Assembly (NCBI GenBank): GCA_035477775.1
Contig: DATIKH010000004.1
Location: 1,009 to 65,008 of the forward strand
Source: Bacteroidales bacterium
GTDB taxonomy: Bacteria; Bacteroidota; Bacteroidia; Bacteroidales; UBA7960
DNA length: 64,000 bases
Reading direction: 5' to 3'
This document shows positions 10,048 to 19,912 of the stretch, one piece after another. The position numbers and the translations under genes are program-made. The number at the start of each line of letters is the position of its first letter. Positions within the stretch are counted from its first letter, which is position 1. Below the pieces are notes generated by a model. It had not been told where the DNA came from. It saw only the letters and a list, made by a program, of their open reading frames with translations, and did not search any database.

Positions 10048-11181
10048 TTACTGCAAATTCAGAATCACGCTTACGGGAAAATGGTCGGAGTAGGTCTGAT
10101 TTCCGGTTCTGAAATTCACCGGTGTAAATTCGGCACTGTGCATGATATAATCAATTCTAAAACCGGGAATAGCAATCAAATAGGTTCTACCCATTCCAAG
10201 ACCGCTTCTGAAAGCATCGCAAAGTTCATCGGAAAGTTGTCTGTAAACAAAGGATGTCGGGGTGTCGTTAAAGTCGCCAGTCAAGATAACCGGATACGGG
10301 CTGTTTCTGATATGTTCGGCTACTTTTTCCGCTTGGCTTGCCCGCCAGATAAAGGCCCTCCTGAGCCTCCGAAGGATTATCCGGCTATTCTCCTGGAAAT
10401 TGCCATTCTGGGCTTCATGCAGCGTATTGATCATGTTATCGACAAAGAGGTGATCCTCGCGGCTAAGTCCGATGGACTCCAGATGCAGGTTGTAAACCCG
10501 AATGGTATCTTCTCCAATTTTGATATCGGTGTAAATGCATAGGTTTCCGGCGTTTGTTCTGAACATGATCTTGCCCCTGTTCACGATGGGGTAGGCGGAG
10601 AAGGTTGCTAACCCGAAGTAATTTTGGTACCTCGAAAATCGGGTATATTCGAAATGCACATGCCTTGCTCGTAAAAAGGTCCGCATGGTGTCTAAGGTTC
10701 GGAATTCTCCCTTACGGTCGAGTACAAACTCCTGAAAACTTAGAATGTCAGCATCTTTATTATCAAGAAAATTGAAAATATTGTTTCGGTATGCAAAATT
10801 CAACTCCCAACCTGGCATGTAGTTGTAAAGGCCGAAATTCCGTACGTTGTAACTCAGCACCTCCAGGTTCTTTCCTGTTTCGGGCAGGGGTTTATTTACG
10901 TCATTAATTTGTAAAAGGTTTCCGACATGGCTAAGCCCTACCAGGATTGTAATGGCCGAAATCCAGAAATACTTTTTCCAGGTCAATAGCCAAAAAACCA
11001 AAAACAGAAAATTAAAAAAAAGAAGGGCGGGATAGGCAAGACCCAAAAATGCCAGTGGCCAGAACTTTTCGGGACTAATAAATGCGGCCAGATACGACAG
11101 CAACAATATGAATGCCGCAACCCCATTGAAAAACAACAGAACTTTTGTTGTAAAAGGCGGTCTTTTTTTAACGTTTACCAC
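10048..11181 (-). CDS. Endonuclease/exonuclease/phosphatase (EEP) family membrane protein
   Basis: 377 aa with three N-terminal TM helices followed by an EEP fold (LSYNVRNF, LSFQEF, GDFNDTP, SDHFPV). Confidence 0.85.
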   Translation of the reverse strand: MVNVKKRPPFTTKVLLFFNGVAAFILLLSYLAAFISPEKFWPLAFLGLAYPALLFFNFLFLVFWLLTWKKYFWISAITILVGLSHVGNLLQINDVNKPLPETGKNLEVLSYNVRNFGLYNYMPGWELNFAYRNNIFNFLDNKDADILSFQEFVLDRKGEFRTLDTMRTFLRARHVHFEYTRFSRYQNYFGLATFSAYPIVNRGKIMFRTNAGNLCIYTDIKIGEDTIRVYNLHLESIGLSREDHLFVDNMINTLHEAQNGNFQENSRIILRRLRRAFIWRASQAEKVAEHIRNSPYPVILTGDFNDTPTSFVYRQLSDELCDAFRSGLGMGRTYLIAIPGFRIDYIMHSAEFTPVNFRTGNQTYSDHFPVSVILNLQ

Positions 11182-11198
11182 TTACCGATACAAATGAA

Positions 11199-12083
11199 TC
11201 AATTCTTTTTGCTTATCCTGAACAACAACTCTTTTTCACTGGCTGTAAGGCTTTCGTAACCTCTTTGAGAAATTTTGTCAAGGATGTTGTCAATTTCTTT
11301 TTGCCGCTCCGCCCTCTGAAAATTGTACTCCTCATCGGTCAAAGGCCTGGCGCTTGAATATTTTACTTTCAATTTTCTCCTACGCTTAAACATGCTGCCT
11401 AACGAACCCATCCAGCGGTGAATAACCTTTGCCGGATCTACACGGGATTTTACCAAAAGGCCGTATATCAATCCCCAGCAGGCTCCTCCCAGGTGGGCGA
11501 TATGGCCGCCCGGGTTTCCTCTCTCAATACTCAAAATATCAATTACCACGAAAAAAATTGCCAGGTATTTCAATTTCACCGGCCCCAAAAGGAGCAAAGG
11601 AAGCCTGTAATCAGGAGCATAAACTGCTGCAGCAATAAAAATGGAGAGCACCGAAGCCGAAGCTCCTATGGCCACTGCCTGATGCTTCACATCGGCAAAA
11701 ACCGGAAAAATATTGAATGCTCCGACAAAAAATAAAGCTCCTGCCAAACCACCAAGCACGTATGTAACCGGCAATTGCTTAGCGCCAATAAATTCGCTAA
11801 ACAACCTTCCTCCAACATACAATACAATCAGGTTGAAAATGATATGAAAGAAACCGTAATGGAGAAACATGTAGGTAAACACTGTCCATGGGCGTGTCAA
11901 AATCAAGTCAGGATTCGAAGAGACCCCGATCCAGGCAGAAAGTGCATTGGCAACACCGGGCAAATCCCACAGGAAGAAGATCAAGCGCAAAAAATTGATT
12001 GCAAGAAAAACAAACAGATTTATACCTATCAGGAAGCCCAGATTGGGATTGCGGAGAAAAAACTGTCTGATTTCAACCAGCAT
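11199..12083 (-). CDS. Rhomboid-family intramembrane serine protease
   Basis: 294 aa, multi-TM, with GASASV (catalytic Ser context) and AHLGGACWG (His context), plus a soluble C-terminal extension. Confidence 0.85.
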   Translation of the reverse strand: MLVEIRQFFLRNPNLGFLIGINLFVFLAINFLRLIFFLWDLPGVANALSAWIGVSSNPDLILTRPWTVFTYMFLHYGFFHIIFNLIVLYVGGRLFSEFIGAKQLPVTYVLGGLAGALFFVGAFNIFPVFADVKHQAVAIGASASVLSIFIAAAVYAPDYRLPLLLLGPVKLKYLAIFFVVIDILSIERGNPGGHIAHLGGACWGLIYGLLVKSRVDPAKVIHRWMGSLGSMFKRRRKLKVKYSSARPLTDEEYNFQRAERQKEIDNILDKISQRGYESLTASEKELLFRISKKN

Positions 12084-12108
12084 GAAATTTTTATTTTAAA
12101 TGACAAGT

Positions 12109-12954
12109 TTAAATCTGCGGGCGTTTCATTTTGCTCCGCCAGTATAGAATCAGGAAGAACCCGAATACCATCCCGCCAAGATGGGCAAAGTGTGCAATAT
12201 TTCCGCCAGGGCGGTTTATAATGCCAAAAATCAATTCAAGCGCTCCATAAATCATTACAAAATACTTGGCTTTGATTGGAATGGCAAAGAAGACATAAAT
12301 AAGCGAATTTGGGAAAAGCATACCAAAGGCCAGCAGAATTCCAAACACGGCTCCAGAGGCGCCTACAACTACCGGGGCATTCAGGAAATCTACCCGGTAT
12401 TGGTTTATGAAGCCTACCGCTTGCACCAGTGCTTCCTGAGAATCGGTACGCAGAAGTTCATTGTACCTTCCGATAAAGGTATTTAGGGCTGCGTACGACT
12501 CGGGCGAAAATGGCTTGATGTGCCCAGCAGCAAAGGCCGCCTGAAGAATTTCGTGTTCGGGATTGGCAATAAATTGATTGATCACATTGAGTGTTGGCAG
12601 CATTTGAAAATAAATCACCAGGTAATGTATTATGGCTGCCCCAAAACCTGTAACGAAATAATACAGAAGAAATCTTTTTGGCCCCCAAACATTCTCCAAT
12701 ACATTCCCAAACATCCATAATGCAAACATATTGAAAAAAAGATGGGAAAAACCCCCATGCATAAACATATAGGTAATCAACTGATAAGGTACAAATTCGG
12801 TTGCTCCGAAAAAATGTAGCCCAAATATCTGGTATAGGTTTATCCCAAAAGCGCTTTCGAGGGCAAGGGTGGCAAGAAAAAATAACCCGTTGATTATCAA
12901 TAGGTTTTTAACAACTAACGGTAAAATGTTGAATCCTCCGGGTGCAATTTGCAT
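12109..12954 (-). CDS. Rhomboid-family intramembrane serine protease
   Basis: 281 aa with HLFFNM, GASGAVFG and AHLGGMVFG motifs. Confidence 0.88.
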   Translation of the reverse strand: MQIAPGGFNILPLVVKNLLIINGLFFLATLALESAFGINLYQIFGLHFFGATEFVPYQLITYMFMHGGFSHLFFNMFALWMFGNVLENVWGPKRFLLYYFVTGFGAAIIHYLVIYFQMLPTLNVINQFIANPEHEILQAAFAAGHIKPFSPESYAALNTFIGRYNELLRTDSQEALVQAVGFINQYRVDFLNAPVVVGASGAVFGILLAFGMLFPNSLIYVFFAIPIKAKYFVMIYGALELIFGIINRPGGNIAHFAHLGGMVFGFFLILYWRSKMKRPQI

Positions 12955-13046
12955 AGAAACAATATGTAATATTCGAACAATAAATAACCTGACCTTACAT
13001 TTTTTGGCAGGCGAAAGCCAGGTCTGACAAAATTACAAATTTTAGC

Positions 13047-14903
13047 TTATTTTAATTGGTCTGCCAATTGGGCTAATGGAATGAGGGTTAAAACCGGTCG
13101 GCCCGAAGGGGTCCATTCAGGAGCCGAACAGGCAAACAGCGAATCGGTAAGGTGCTGCATCTCATGTTCCGAAAGCGATTTCCCATGTTTTACCGATAGT
13201 TTGCGCGCCATGGAGCGGGCCAGGTTTGTTTGAGTATCCAGTTTGGCGTCAGCCTGATTGATTTTGAAATTTTCTAAAAGGCCCTCGATCAGGTTCTGTA
13301 TAGGTTCGTTTTCAATAATTTCGGCCGGGACTGCACTTACCACAAAGGTTGTATTGCCCAGGATGTCGATTGCAAAGCCCAGCGCGTTTAAACCGGGTAG
13401 CATTTCGATAAGCAGGGCAGCATCCGAGTCAGTAATTACTATGTTTTCAGGAAACAGTAGTTGTTGCGAGGCGGCTTGTCTACTCTCAAACTTTTTCAAA
13501 ATTTCTTCGAACAAAATCCGCTCATGAGCCCTCTGATGATCGATCACCATAATTCCGGATTTTACCGGAACCAGGATATATTTCTTAAAAACATGTAAAA
13601 ACTTCTTTGAAGTATCCTGTTCTTCCTGAGGGTCCCATTTGGTAGGCAGGATGGTTCCCTGCTGGCCAGGTTCTGCCGGAGGAGTGCTTGAAGGCCCATC
13701 TGTCGGTTCACTTTTCTGATGAAAAAGTGTTTCCCATTGGGCAGGGTTTATGCGGGTTGTCAGGTTTCCGGGCAGCCTTGATGATGGTCGGTCGGTGTCG
13801 AAAGGGTTGTAATCAGGGTTAACGGTAATACCGGGCACTGTTATGGGTCTGGCTGCCGGAAAGACCTGGCCGTCGAAGGCTGTTTCCCGTTCAAAATCAA
13901 GTGTTGGAGCAATGTTATACCGTCCCAGCGATCGCTTAACGGCCGATTTCAGGATTTCGTAAATACTGCGCTCATCCTGGAACTTTATCTCCGTTTTGGT
14001 CGGATGCACATTCACATCTATTTTCGATGGGTCGGTTTCGAGGAAAAGAAAATAACCCGGAAACACATCATCTGGTATCAGCTCCCTGAATGCCATTTCC
14101 ACGGCATGATTCAGGTACGAAGACCTGATAAAGCGCTTGTTAACAAAGAAATACTGCTCACCACGTTTCTTTTTGGAAAATTCCGGTTTAATAACATATC
14201 CTGAAACGGCAACAATTTCAGTGGTTTCATCCACAGGAACCAGTCTGTGGTTGTATGCGGAACCTGAGATGCTGATAATACGCTGTTTCAAGTTCGATTT
14301 TTCGAATTGGTGGGTAAGCTCTCCATCCTGGTAGTACATGAACGAAACTTCGGGATAGGCCAAAGCAACCCTCGTAAGTTCCTGTAAGATATGCCCTTTT
14401 TCAATGGCATCACTTTTTAGAAAATTGCGACGGGCAGGGGTGTTGTAAAACAGATTTTTTACCGAAATGCTTGTGCCGGCCTGGCATTGGCACGGCTGCT
14501 GCAGGAGAGTCGTAGAACCTTCGATGATAATCTCGGTTCCCAGAGTAGCATCATGCCTGCGTGTTTTAAGTTCTGTCCGCGATATCGCTGCAATAGAGGC
14601 CAAAGCTTCGCCTCTGAAACCCATGGTGCGTATGGAAAACAAGTCGCTTGCCTGGCTGATTTTGGAAGTAGCATGGCGCTCAAAGCACATTCGTGCATCG
14701 GTTTCGCTCATTCCCGCGCCGTTGTCGGTTACTTGTATGAGTGTACGCCCCGAATCTTTAATAATCAGTTTAATTTGAGTAGCTCCCGCATCAATGGCAT
14801 TTTCGAGCAATTCCTTTACAGCAGAAGCAGGCCTTTGAATTACTTCGCCGGCAGCTATCTGGTTGGCTACCGAGTCGGGAAGCAGTTTTACAACATCTGT
14901 CAT
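13047..14903 (-). CDS. mutL: DNA mismatch repair protein MutL
   Basis: 618 aa with GHKL ATPase motifs (ELLENAIDAGA, DNGAGM, GFRGEAL) and a C-terminal dimerisation/endonuclease region. Confidence 0.96.
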   Translation of the reverse strand: MTDVVKLLPDSVANQIAAGEVIQRPASAVKELLENAIDAGATQIKLIIKDSGRTLIQVTDNGAGMSETDARMCFERHATSKISQASDLFSIRTMGFRGEALASIAAISRTELKTRRHDATLGTEIIIEGSTTLLQQPCQCQAGTSISVKNLFYNTPARRNFLKSDAIEKGHILQELTRVALAYPEVSFMYYQDGELTHQFEKSNLKQRIISISGSAYNHRLVPVDETTEIVAVSGYVIKPEFSKKKRGEQYFFVNKRFIRSSYLNHAVEMAFRELIPDDVFPGYFLFLETDPSKIDVNVHPTKTEIKFQDERSIYEILKSAVKRSLGRYNIAPTLDFERETAFDGQVFPAARPITVPGITVNPDYNPFDTDRPSSRLPGNLTTRINPAQWETLFHQKSEPTDGPSSTPPAEPGQQGTILPTKWDPQEEQDTSKKFLHVFKKYILVPVKSGIMVIDHQRAHERILFEEILKKFESRQAASQQLLFPENIVITDSDAALLIEMLPGLNALGFAIDILGNTTFVVSAVPAEIIENEPIQNLIEGLLENFKINQADAKLDTQTNLARSMARKLSVKHGKSLSEHEMQHLTDSLFACSAPEWTPSGRPVLTLIPLAQLADQLK

Positions 14904-14929
14904 TCAGAAGCGCTATCAGCAATTAAGTG

Positions 14930-15196
14930 TTATCTGAAAAAAATCAGATAGAAAAGAACGGCAAGGGCTACCAAAATGATTACCAGCCGTTGGTTCGATA
15001 CTTTCCGTTCGATGGCACCGGAACTCCTTTTCCACCTCAAGTGCATTCGATCGCGCAAGCCTTGTTCGTAGTTATCGGGATTATTTTCGACGGCGCTCTT
15101 GAGTTTTTGCTCCCGTTCTTCAGCCTTTGGATCATAAAAAACAGGCCGGTAATTATACCTTTTGTTTTTTGGTGTTTTGAAAAATGTTATGGCCAT
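14930..15196 (-). CDS. Small hypothetical protein with a C-terminal TM helix
   Basis: ORF 14930..15226; the internal ATG at 15196 is the more plausible start. A single C-terminal TM (LVIILVALAVLFYLIFF) is present. No recognisable family. Confidence 0.5.
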   Translation of the reverse strand: MAITFFKTPKNKRYNYRPVFYDPKAEEREQKLKSAVENNPDNYEQGLRDRMHLRWKRSSGAIERKVSNQRLVIILVALAVLFYLIFFR

Positions 15197-15335
15197 AATG
15201 GCTTCAGGATTGATTTGATGTTTCAAATATAATCATTTTCCAGGTCTTCGCCTCGGTTTGGGGTTAAAACCTGTATGCAATAGAAAAGGGCTCCCTGTTG
15301 GTGAAGCCCTCTTAAGTGCATTGGTGTTTTGGTTA

Positions 15336-15860
15336 TCAGGCTCTTTTTAACGCCGGGTAGTACTGCTGGATGAGGTAAAAACCCCCAAAAAGCACTCCGC
15401 TATAAAAAAGGTCGCCCAAAAGCGTCATATGAAAAAATGGAATTGCTGCCACATAACATTGCACCAGGCCCTGGACCGTCGTCGGGTACATGGTGCCTGA
15501 CAGCCATACAGCCAGGTTGGTCAGAACAAAGAAAACCAGTGAGCCAGCAATGGCTCCTCCACCTACCGAAACAATTTTGACATTGTTCCTCAAAAGACCT
15601 CCAATCAAAACTACAAGTACGAAACTAATATAAACTGGTACCATCATATCGTGAAATCCCAACAGCAGGTCGCTAAAAAGCAGGGCTGCAATAGGAATTG
15701 ATAAAGCCAGCCACCTGTTGGTAAAATGAGCGCCTGCAAAAAGTGCCAAAGCGCCAATTGGTGTAAAATTCGGATAGTGGGGTACCAGGCGCATAAGAGC
15801 AGCAAACAGGACGATGCCCAATATTACCAAAACCTTGGGAGTGAAAAATTTTCGAATCAT
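15336..15860 (-). CDS. Polytopic membrane protein (resembles the DUF6580 putative transporter family)
   Basis: 174 aa with 5-6 predicted TM helices and the N-terminal pattern RLVPHYPNFTPIGALALFAG. The family assignment is from memory only. Confidence 0.6.
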   Translation of the reverse strand: MIRKFFTPKVLVILGIVLFAALMRLVPHYPNFTPIGALALFAGAHFTNRWLALSIPIAALLFSDLLLGFHDMMVPVYISFVLVVLIGGLLRNNVKIVSVGGGAIAGSLVFFVLTNLAVWLSGTMYPTTVQGLVQCYVAAIPFFHMTLLGDLFYSGVLFGGFYLIQQYYPALKRA

Positions 15861-16027
15861 TGGTAGGTTAAATTGTGTTAAAAGTTGTACTGTGAGCGCA
15901 AAATTATAAAATCATTTTAACTAACAACATTTACAATGGTATTTTGTTTTTTCTTTGCGAACTATGTATAGGACCGATGGAAGGTACGGGTTTTTCCTAC
16001 CAATAGAAACTAAAACGCATCATTTCC

Positions 16028-16432
16028 GTGGAAAATTTTTGGCTGCATTTGCTCGATTGGTTTTTCTTTTTCTTTCACCTGGCATTGGTGTTATTCAATC
16101 TTTTAGGTTGGATTTGGAAAAAAACCAGGTTGTGGAATCTTATTGTTCTTCTGCTTACCCTTTTCTCCTGGTTTGGTCTGGGAATTTTTTATGGTTTTGG
16201 TTTTTGCCCCATTACTGAATGGCATTGGCAGGTACTCAGAAAACTTGGGCAAACCGGTTTACCTGATTCTTACATCAGTTACCTCATTTACCGTATTACA
16301 TCATTCTTGCCGCCTCAGCTTCTGGTCGATTATGCCACCCTGATTGGCGCATTACTTGCTTTCATTGTTTCTACCTACCTGAATAGTCGTGATTGGCTTG
16401 CCAGAAAAAAAATGGTGAATAAAACCAGATGA
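16028..16432 (+). CDS. DUF2784-like membrane protein
   Basis: 134 aa with a GTG start, 3-4 TM helices and a CPITEW motif typical of DUF2784. Confidence 0.65.
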   Translation: MENFWLHLLDWFFFFFHLALVLFNLLGWIWKKTRLWNLIVLLLTLFSWFGLGIFYGFGFCPITEWHWQVLRKLGQTGLPDSYISYLIYRITSFLPPQLLVDYATLIGALLAFIVSTYLNSRDWLARKKMVNKTR

Positions 16433-16447
16433 CCTGCATCAAGGACA

Positions 16448-17725
16448 TCAGCCTTTTTTTGTAACCAGCACTTTGTCAATACGTTTCCCGTCAATATCCA
16501 CTACTTCGAATTCGAATTCCATAAAAGCAAATTTTTCGCCAAGGCCGGGGATTTTTCCGGTATGATGGATTACAAAACCTGCTACGGTTGAATAATCGGT
16601 TGTTTCGAAGTTGATTTCAAATCCAGGTATTACTTCGCCAAGTGTTTCTATGGGAGCATCGCCGCTCACGAGAATGGATTTGTCGTCGCGAACAAAAATA
16701 TCGGGATCGAATGGATCGCGGTCATCGGGGACCTGCCCCAGAATATGTTCAATAATGTCGTGAATGGTTATAATTCCTTCAAATCCACCATATTCATTTA
16801 CTACGCAGCAAATATGTGTTTTGTTTATTCGAAGCAAATCGAGCACTTTCTGGGCGTCGGCGCTTTCGGGTACAATTAGTGGTTCAATGATGATGTCGTT
16901 GATACTGAAGCTACCTGACGAAGAAAGAGATCTGTAAAAATCACGTAGATAAACGATACCTACAAAATTTTCCGGATCACTATGGAAGCAAACTATTTTG
17001 CTGTGCCTGGCCTGTAGAAGCGATTCCTTTAATTCTTCTTCAGGTCGGTTTACATCAATACACTCCACTTCGGTGCGGTGGGTCATAATGTGTCGGGCTT
17101 TTTTATCAGCAAAATGGAATACCTTTTCGTGCATTATATTTTGCTCCCTCTCAATAACCCCTGAAGTAGAAGCTAGTTTCAACATGTGCCTGAGCTCGGT
17201 TTCCGAAACATGTTCGGTCAACTTTTTTATACCCAAGGCTTTGCAAACCAAAGAGGTTGATCCCGACAAAAGCCTTACAAAAGGATAAAAGGCAGTACTG
17301 AAGAACAAGATCGATGGCGCCACGCGCACAGCAATCTTTTCGGGGTTGTTCAGGGCAACAGTTTTAGGTACCAATTCTCCGATTACAATGGAAACATAAG
17401 TAATGATAACAACCGTAATGATTAGGGCAACTTCCTTGGCCACAGGGGCAGTAATTGCGAACTGCAGAAACCAGGGCGCTATATCATCGGCGATATTTAT
17501 TCCACCATACACCCCGGTTACGATACCAATCAGGGTAATACCTACCTGGATTGCCGATAGAAAATTTTCCGAATGGGCCAATAAGTCGAGAGCAACTGCT
17601 GCCCCTTTGATTCCTTCTTTCTTTTTTTGCTCAAGTCTGCTCTTTTTTGCCGATACCAGAGCAATCTCAGATAATGCAAAAAAGCCGTTCAATAAAATTA
17701 AAAAGGATAAAACGATGAATTCCAT
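16448..17725 (-). CDS. DUF21/CBS-pair/CorC_HlyC family protein (hemolysin-like putative divalent-ion transporter)
   Basis: ORF 16448..17752, start trimmed to the ATG at 17725. It has an N-terminal 4-TM DUF21 domain, tandem CBS domains and a C-terminal CorC_HlyC domain. Confidence 0.88.
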   Translation of the reverse strand: MEFIVLSFLILLNGFFALSEIALVSAKKSRLEQKKKEGIKGAAVALDLLAHSENFLSAIQVGITLIGIVTGVYGGINIADDIAPWFLQFAITAPVAKEVALIITVVIITYVSIVIGELVPKTVALNNPEKIAVRVAPSILFFSTAFYPFVRLLSGSTSLVCKALGIKKLTEHVSETELRHMLKLASTSGVIEREQNIMHEKVFHFADKKARHIMTHRTEVECIDVNRPEEELKESLLQARHSKIVCFHSDPENFVGIVYLRDFYRSLSSSGSFSINDIIIEPLIVPESADAQKVLDLLRINKTHICCVVNEYGGFEGIITIHDIIEHILGQVPDDRDPFDPDIFVRDDKSILVSGDAPIETLGEVIPGFEINFETTDYSTVAGFVIHHTGKIPGLGEKFAFMEFEFEVVDIDGKRIDKVLVTKKG

Positions 17726-17846
17726 AAAGTAGAACAGATGGAAATAATGCAATTTATAAAACAGTCAGCACCTGAATTATAATGCTGATGCTTTACAAAA
17801 AAAAATCAAGAACTTTTTTCCGAGAGTGAAAAGAGGAATAAACGGT

Positions 17847-18131
17847 TTAATCGAAAAGCTCCTTCAACCAGTGCTTTCCTGGCCTGTGGTGGCGTGGATC
17901 ATGGTACCTTGGGTCGTTGTACCGGGGATCGTTATAGCGGGGGTCCTGAATTCTTGGGTCAGGTGGTCTGGTGTCGCGGCGCGGTTGGTCCTCGGCTGTA
18001 GCCTTGTCAAGAATTTTATCGAGTTCGCCACGGTCAAGCCATATTCCCCTGCAGTTTGGGCAATAATCAATTTCAATCTTACTGCGTTCCGACATTACCA
18101 GGTCGGTATTAACACACACTGGGCATTTCAT
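17847..18131 (-). CDS. TFIIB-type zinc-ribbon protein with a repetitive DPRY tail
   Basis: 94 aa with CPVC...CPNCRGIWLDRGELDKI, then DPRIQDPRYNDPRYNDPRYHDPRHH. Confidence 0.75.
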   Translation of the reverse strand: MKCPVCVNTDLVMSERSKIEIDYCPNCRGIWLDRGELDKILDKATAEDQPRRDTRPPDPRIQDPRYNDPRYNDPRYHDPRHHRPGKHWLKELFD

Positions 18132-18276
18132 TTTCGGTTTTTTTACAGGTTACTTAGGTTTTGAATAGATTCATAAAATTACAAAAAATAGTAACACTTA
18201 CAAATTCATAAACCGAAAGGCTACAAATATTGTAACCTTTGGAACAAAGTCGTTGTATGTCTGAAGCCCACTTAGG

Positions 18277-19566
18277 CTATTTAAACCCGAAAAGCACCGG
18301 AAAAATGAAAACCACAATCATACACCACAGTATGTAAAGCGGCAGGAATGAAGCTATGCTTTGCTCCACATGCCTCAGTTTTGAACTTTCCTTAAAGGCC
18401 ACGAAGAGTTTGCTGGCAACAAGGATAAGGTTGGCCAAAACTAAAATGTTGGCACCCAAAACAGCCAGCCGGTTTGGTGTGATTCCCCATTCCGAAATCC
18501 GGAAAGCGATGGCTGATAAGGCAATGCCGCTCAAAATGATGGTTACGGCCGATAAAACCGTGAGTAATGCAATACCTGCCTTGCTTTTGGAATTGTCTGA
18601 ACTTCCCGAAATAGAAAAATAAATTATTGCAAGCACGCCAATGAGCAAGGCATTGAAGATCAAGAGAAAATCACGGTCGTGGTAGGGATTTTTGCCGGTA
18701 GCCACCACCGCCACAAGATACACAACCAGCGTAACAAGCACCAGAGGGGTAAATATTCTGGCAATTACAGGCGAAATATTGTTGACCAGGTTGGGGTTTG
18801 TCTGAACAAGGAAAGTTCCTGCTATGGGTACTATCGCCATCCCTGAAATTACTACGTATTGAAAGTAAAAATCCTCAATGTCGATTTGGATCAGCGAGAA
18901 CAACCCCATAGTAATGCCGGTGAGCAGACCCCCTGCGATAAACAGCATGGCCGAAATCACCAGCAAGTTTCCGTTGTATTGCAGAAAATCCACACGTTTC
19001 TGAAGTTCTTTCAGGTTTCCACCCACAAAGGCCAAGCCGAGCATCGACCACAAAAACAGGGGCAGGTGCAGAGAGGCCAGTATCAGGGTGTCGCTTTGCT
19101 GATCGCCCGGAAGCAGGTTGATGTAACATGCAGAAATGACAAAGGCACCTGCTATTCCAAGCAGGAATTTCACCGGCACCCTGTTCTTCCAGGCAAAATA
19201 CGCTGTAAGCATCGGAAACACCACAAAACCCATGTTGCGAAGAAAGAACCTCTCGGGGTCTATGCCTGCAATCTCAGGAATTTGTGCAATCAGAATTGCA
19301 ACCACCGAAACCATCAACACAACGATTTGTTCTGTTCCGGTTCCCCAAAAGATGGATTCCTTCGAAATATTTAACCGAGCATTCCAGATCTTGGCAGCAC
19401 TTTGCTCCTTTATACCTTCATAAATCTGATTGAATTCCCTTTTAAATGCCTTTTTATTTGTCCGATACAATAGCTCCAATTGGTCGGGATGATTCAGATA
19501 GCTTAGAATCTCCTCTTTCAAATTATCCGATCCACTTTTTTGGTCAGATTCAAAATTTGTGTTCAT
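18277..19566 (-). CDS. Polytopic membrane protein (DUF4153-like)
   Basis: 429 aa with a soluble N-terminal ~70 aa followed by about 10 TM helices. Last gene of an apparent three-gene operon. Confidence 0.65.
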   Translation of the reverse strand: MNTNFESDQKSGSDNLKEEILSYLNHPDQLELLYRTNKKAFKREFNQIYEGIKEQSAAKIWNARLNISKESIFWGTGTEQIVVLMVSVVAILIAQIPEIAGIDPERFFLRNMGFVVFPMLTAYFAWKNRVPVKFLLGIAGAFVISACYINLLPGDQQSDTLILASLHLPLFLWSMLGLAFVGGNLKELQKRVDFLQYNGNLLVISAMLFIAGGLLTGITMGLFSLIQIDIEDFYFQYVVISGMAIVPIAGTFLVQTNPNLVNNISPVIARIFTPLVLVTLVVYLVAVVATGKNPYHDRDFLLIFNALLIGVLAIIYFSISGSSDNSKSKAGIALLTVLSAVTIILSGIALSAIAFRISEWGITPNRLAVLGANILVLANLILVASKLFVAFKESSKLRHVEQSIASFLPLYILWCMIVVFIFPVLFGFK

Positions 19567-19612
19567 TCTTTAAAATTTTCAGGTTAATGTAGGGCCGAAT
19601 CAATTATTAATA

Positions 19613-19912
19613 TCAGCCCGATATTTTAATCAATTTCTCTAGTGCATCCAAATGCTCTTTGAAGGCTTTTTTGCCATTGTCGGACGCAGCGTAGGAAGTG
19701 TTTGGTTTTTTACCAACAAATTGCTTTTTGACAAGGATAAAATTCAGTTTCTCTAAAGCCTGGATATGGCTTGCCAGATTTCCGTCGGTAATCTGCAATT
19801 GCTCCTTTAAGGTTCCAAAGTCAGCAAAGTCATTAACGCATAGGATCGACATGATTCCCAGGCGCACCCTGCTTTCAAAGGCCTTATTCAAATCTTCAAG
19901 TAAATTTTTCAC
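19613..19912 (-). CDS. Winged-helix transcriptional regulator
   Basis: 99 aa with a wHTH pattern (RLGIMSILCVNDFADFGTLKEQLQITDGNLASHIQALEK). Its start overlaps the stop of the upstream gene by 4 nt. Confidence 0.75.
   Translation of the reverse strand: MKNLLEDLNKAFESRVRLGIMSILCVNDFADFGTLKEQLQITDGNLASHIQALEKLNFILVKKQFVGKKPNTSYAASDNGKKAFKEHLDALEKLIKISG

Noticed and set aside
10361-10375. ctgagcctccgaagg inside the EEP gene resembles the hsd-locus motif. Another look-alike lies at 23252-23271, after the microsatellite.
   Set aside because: These are single isolated half-sites with no paired arm. I cannot tell them from chance without a genome-wide count. They are mentioned only as a caveat to the enrichment claim.
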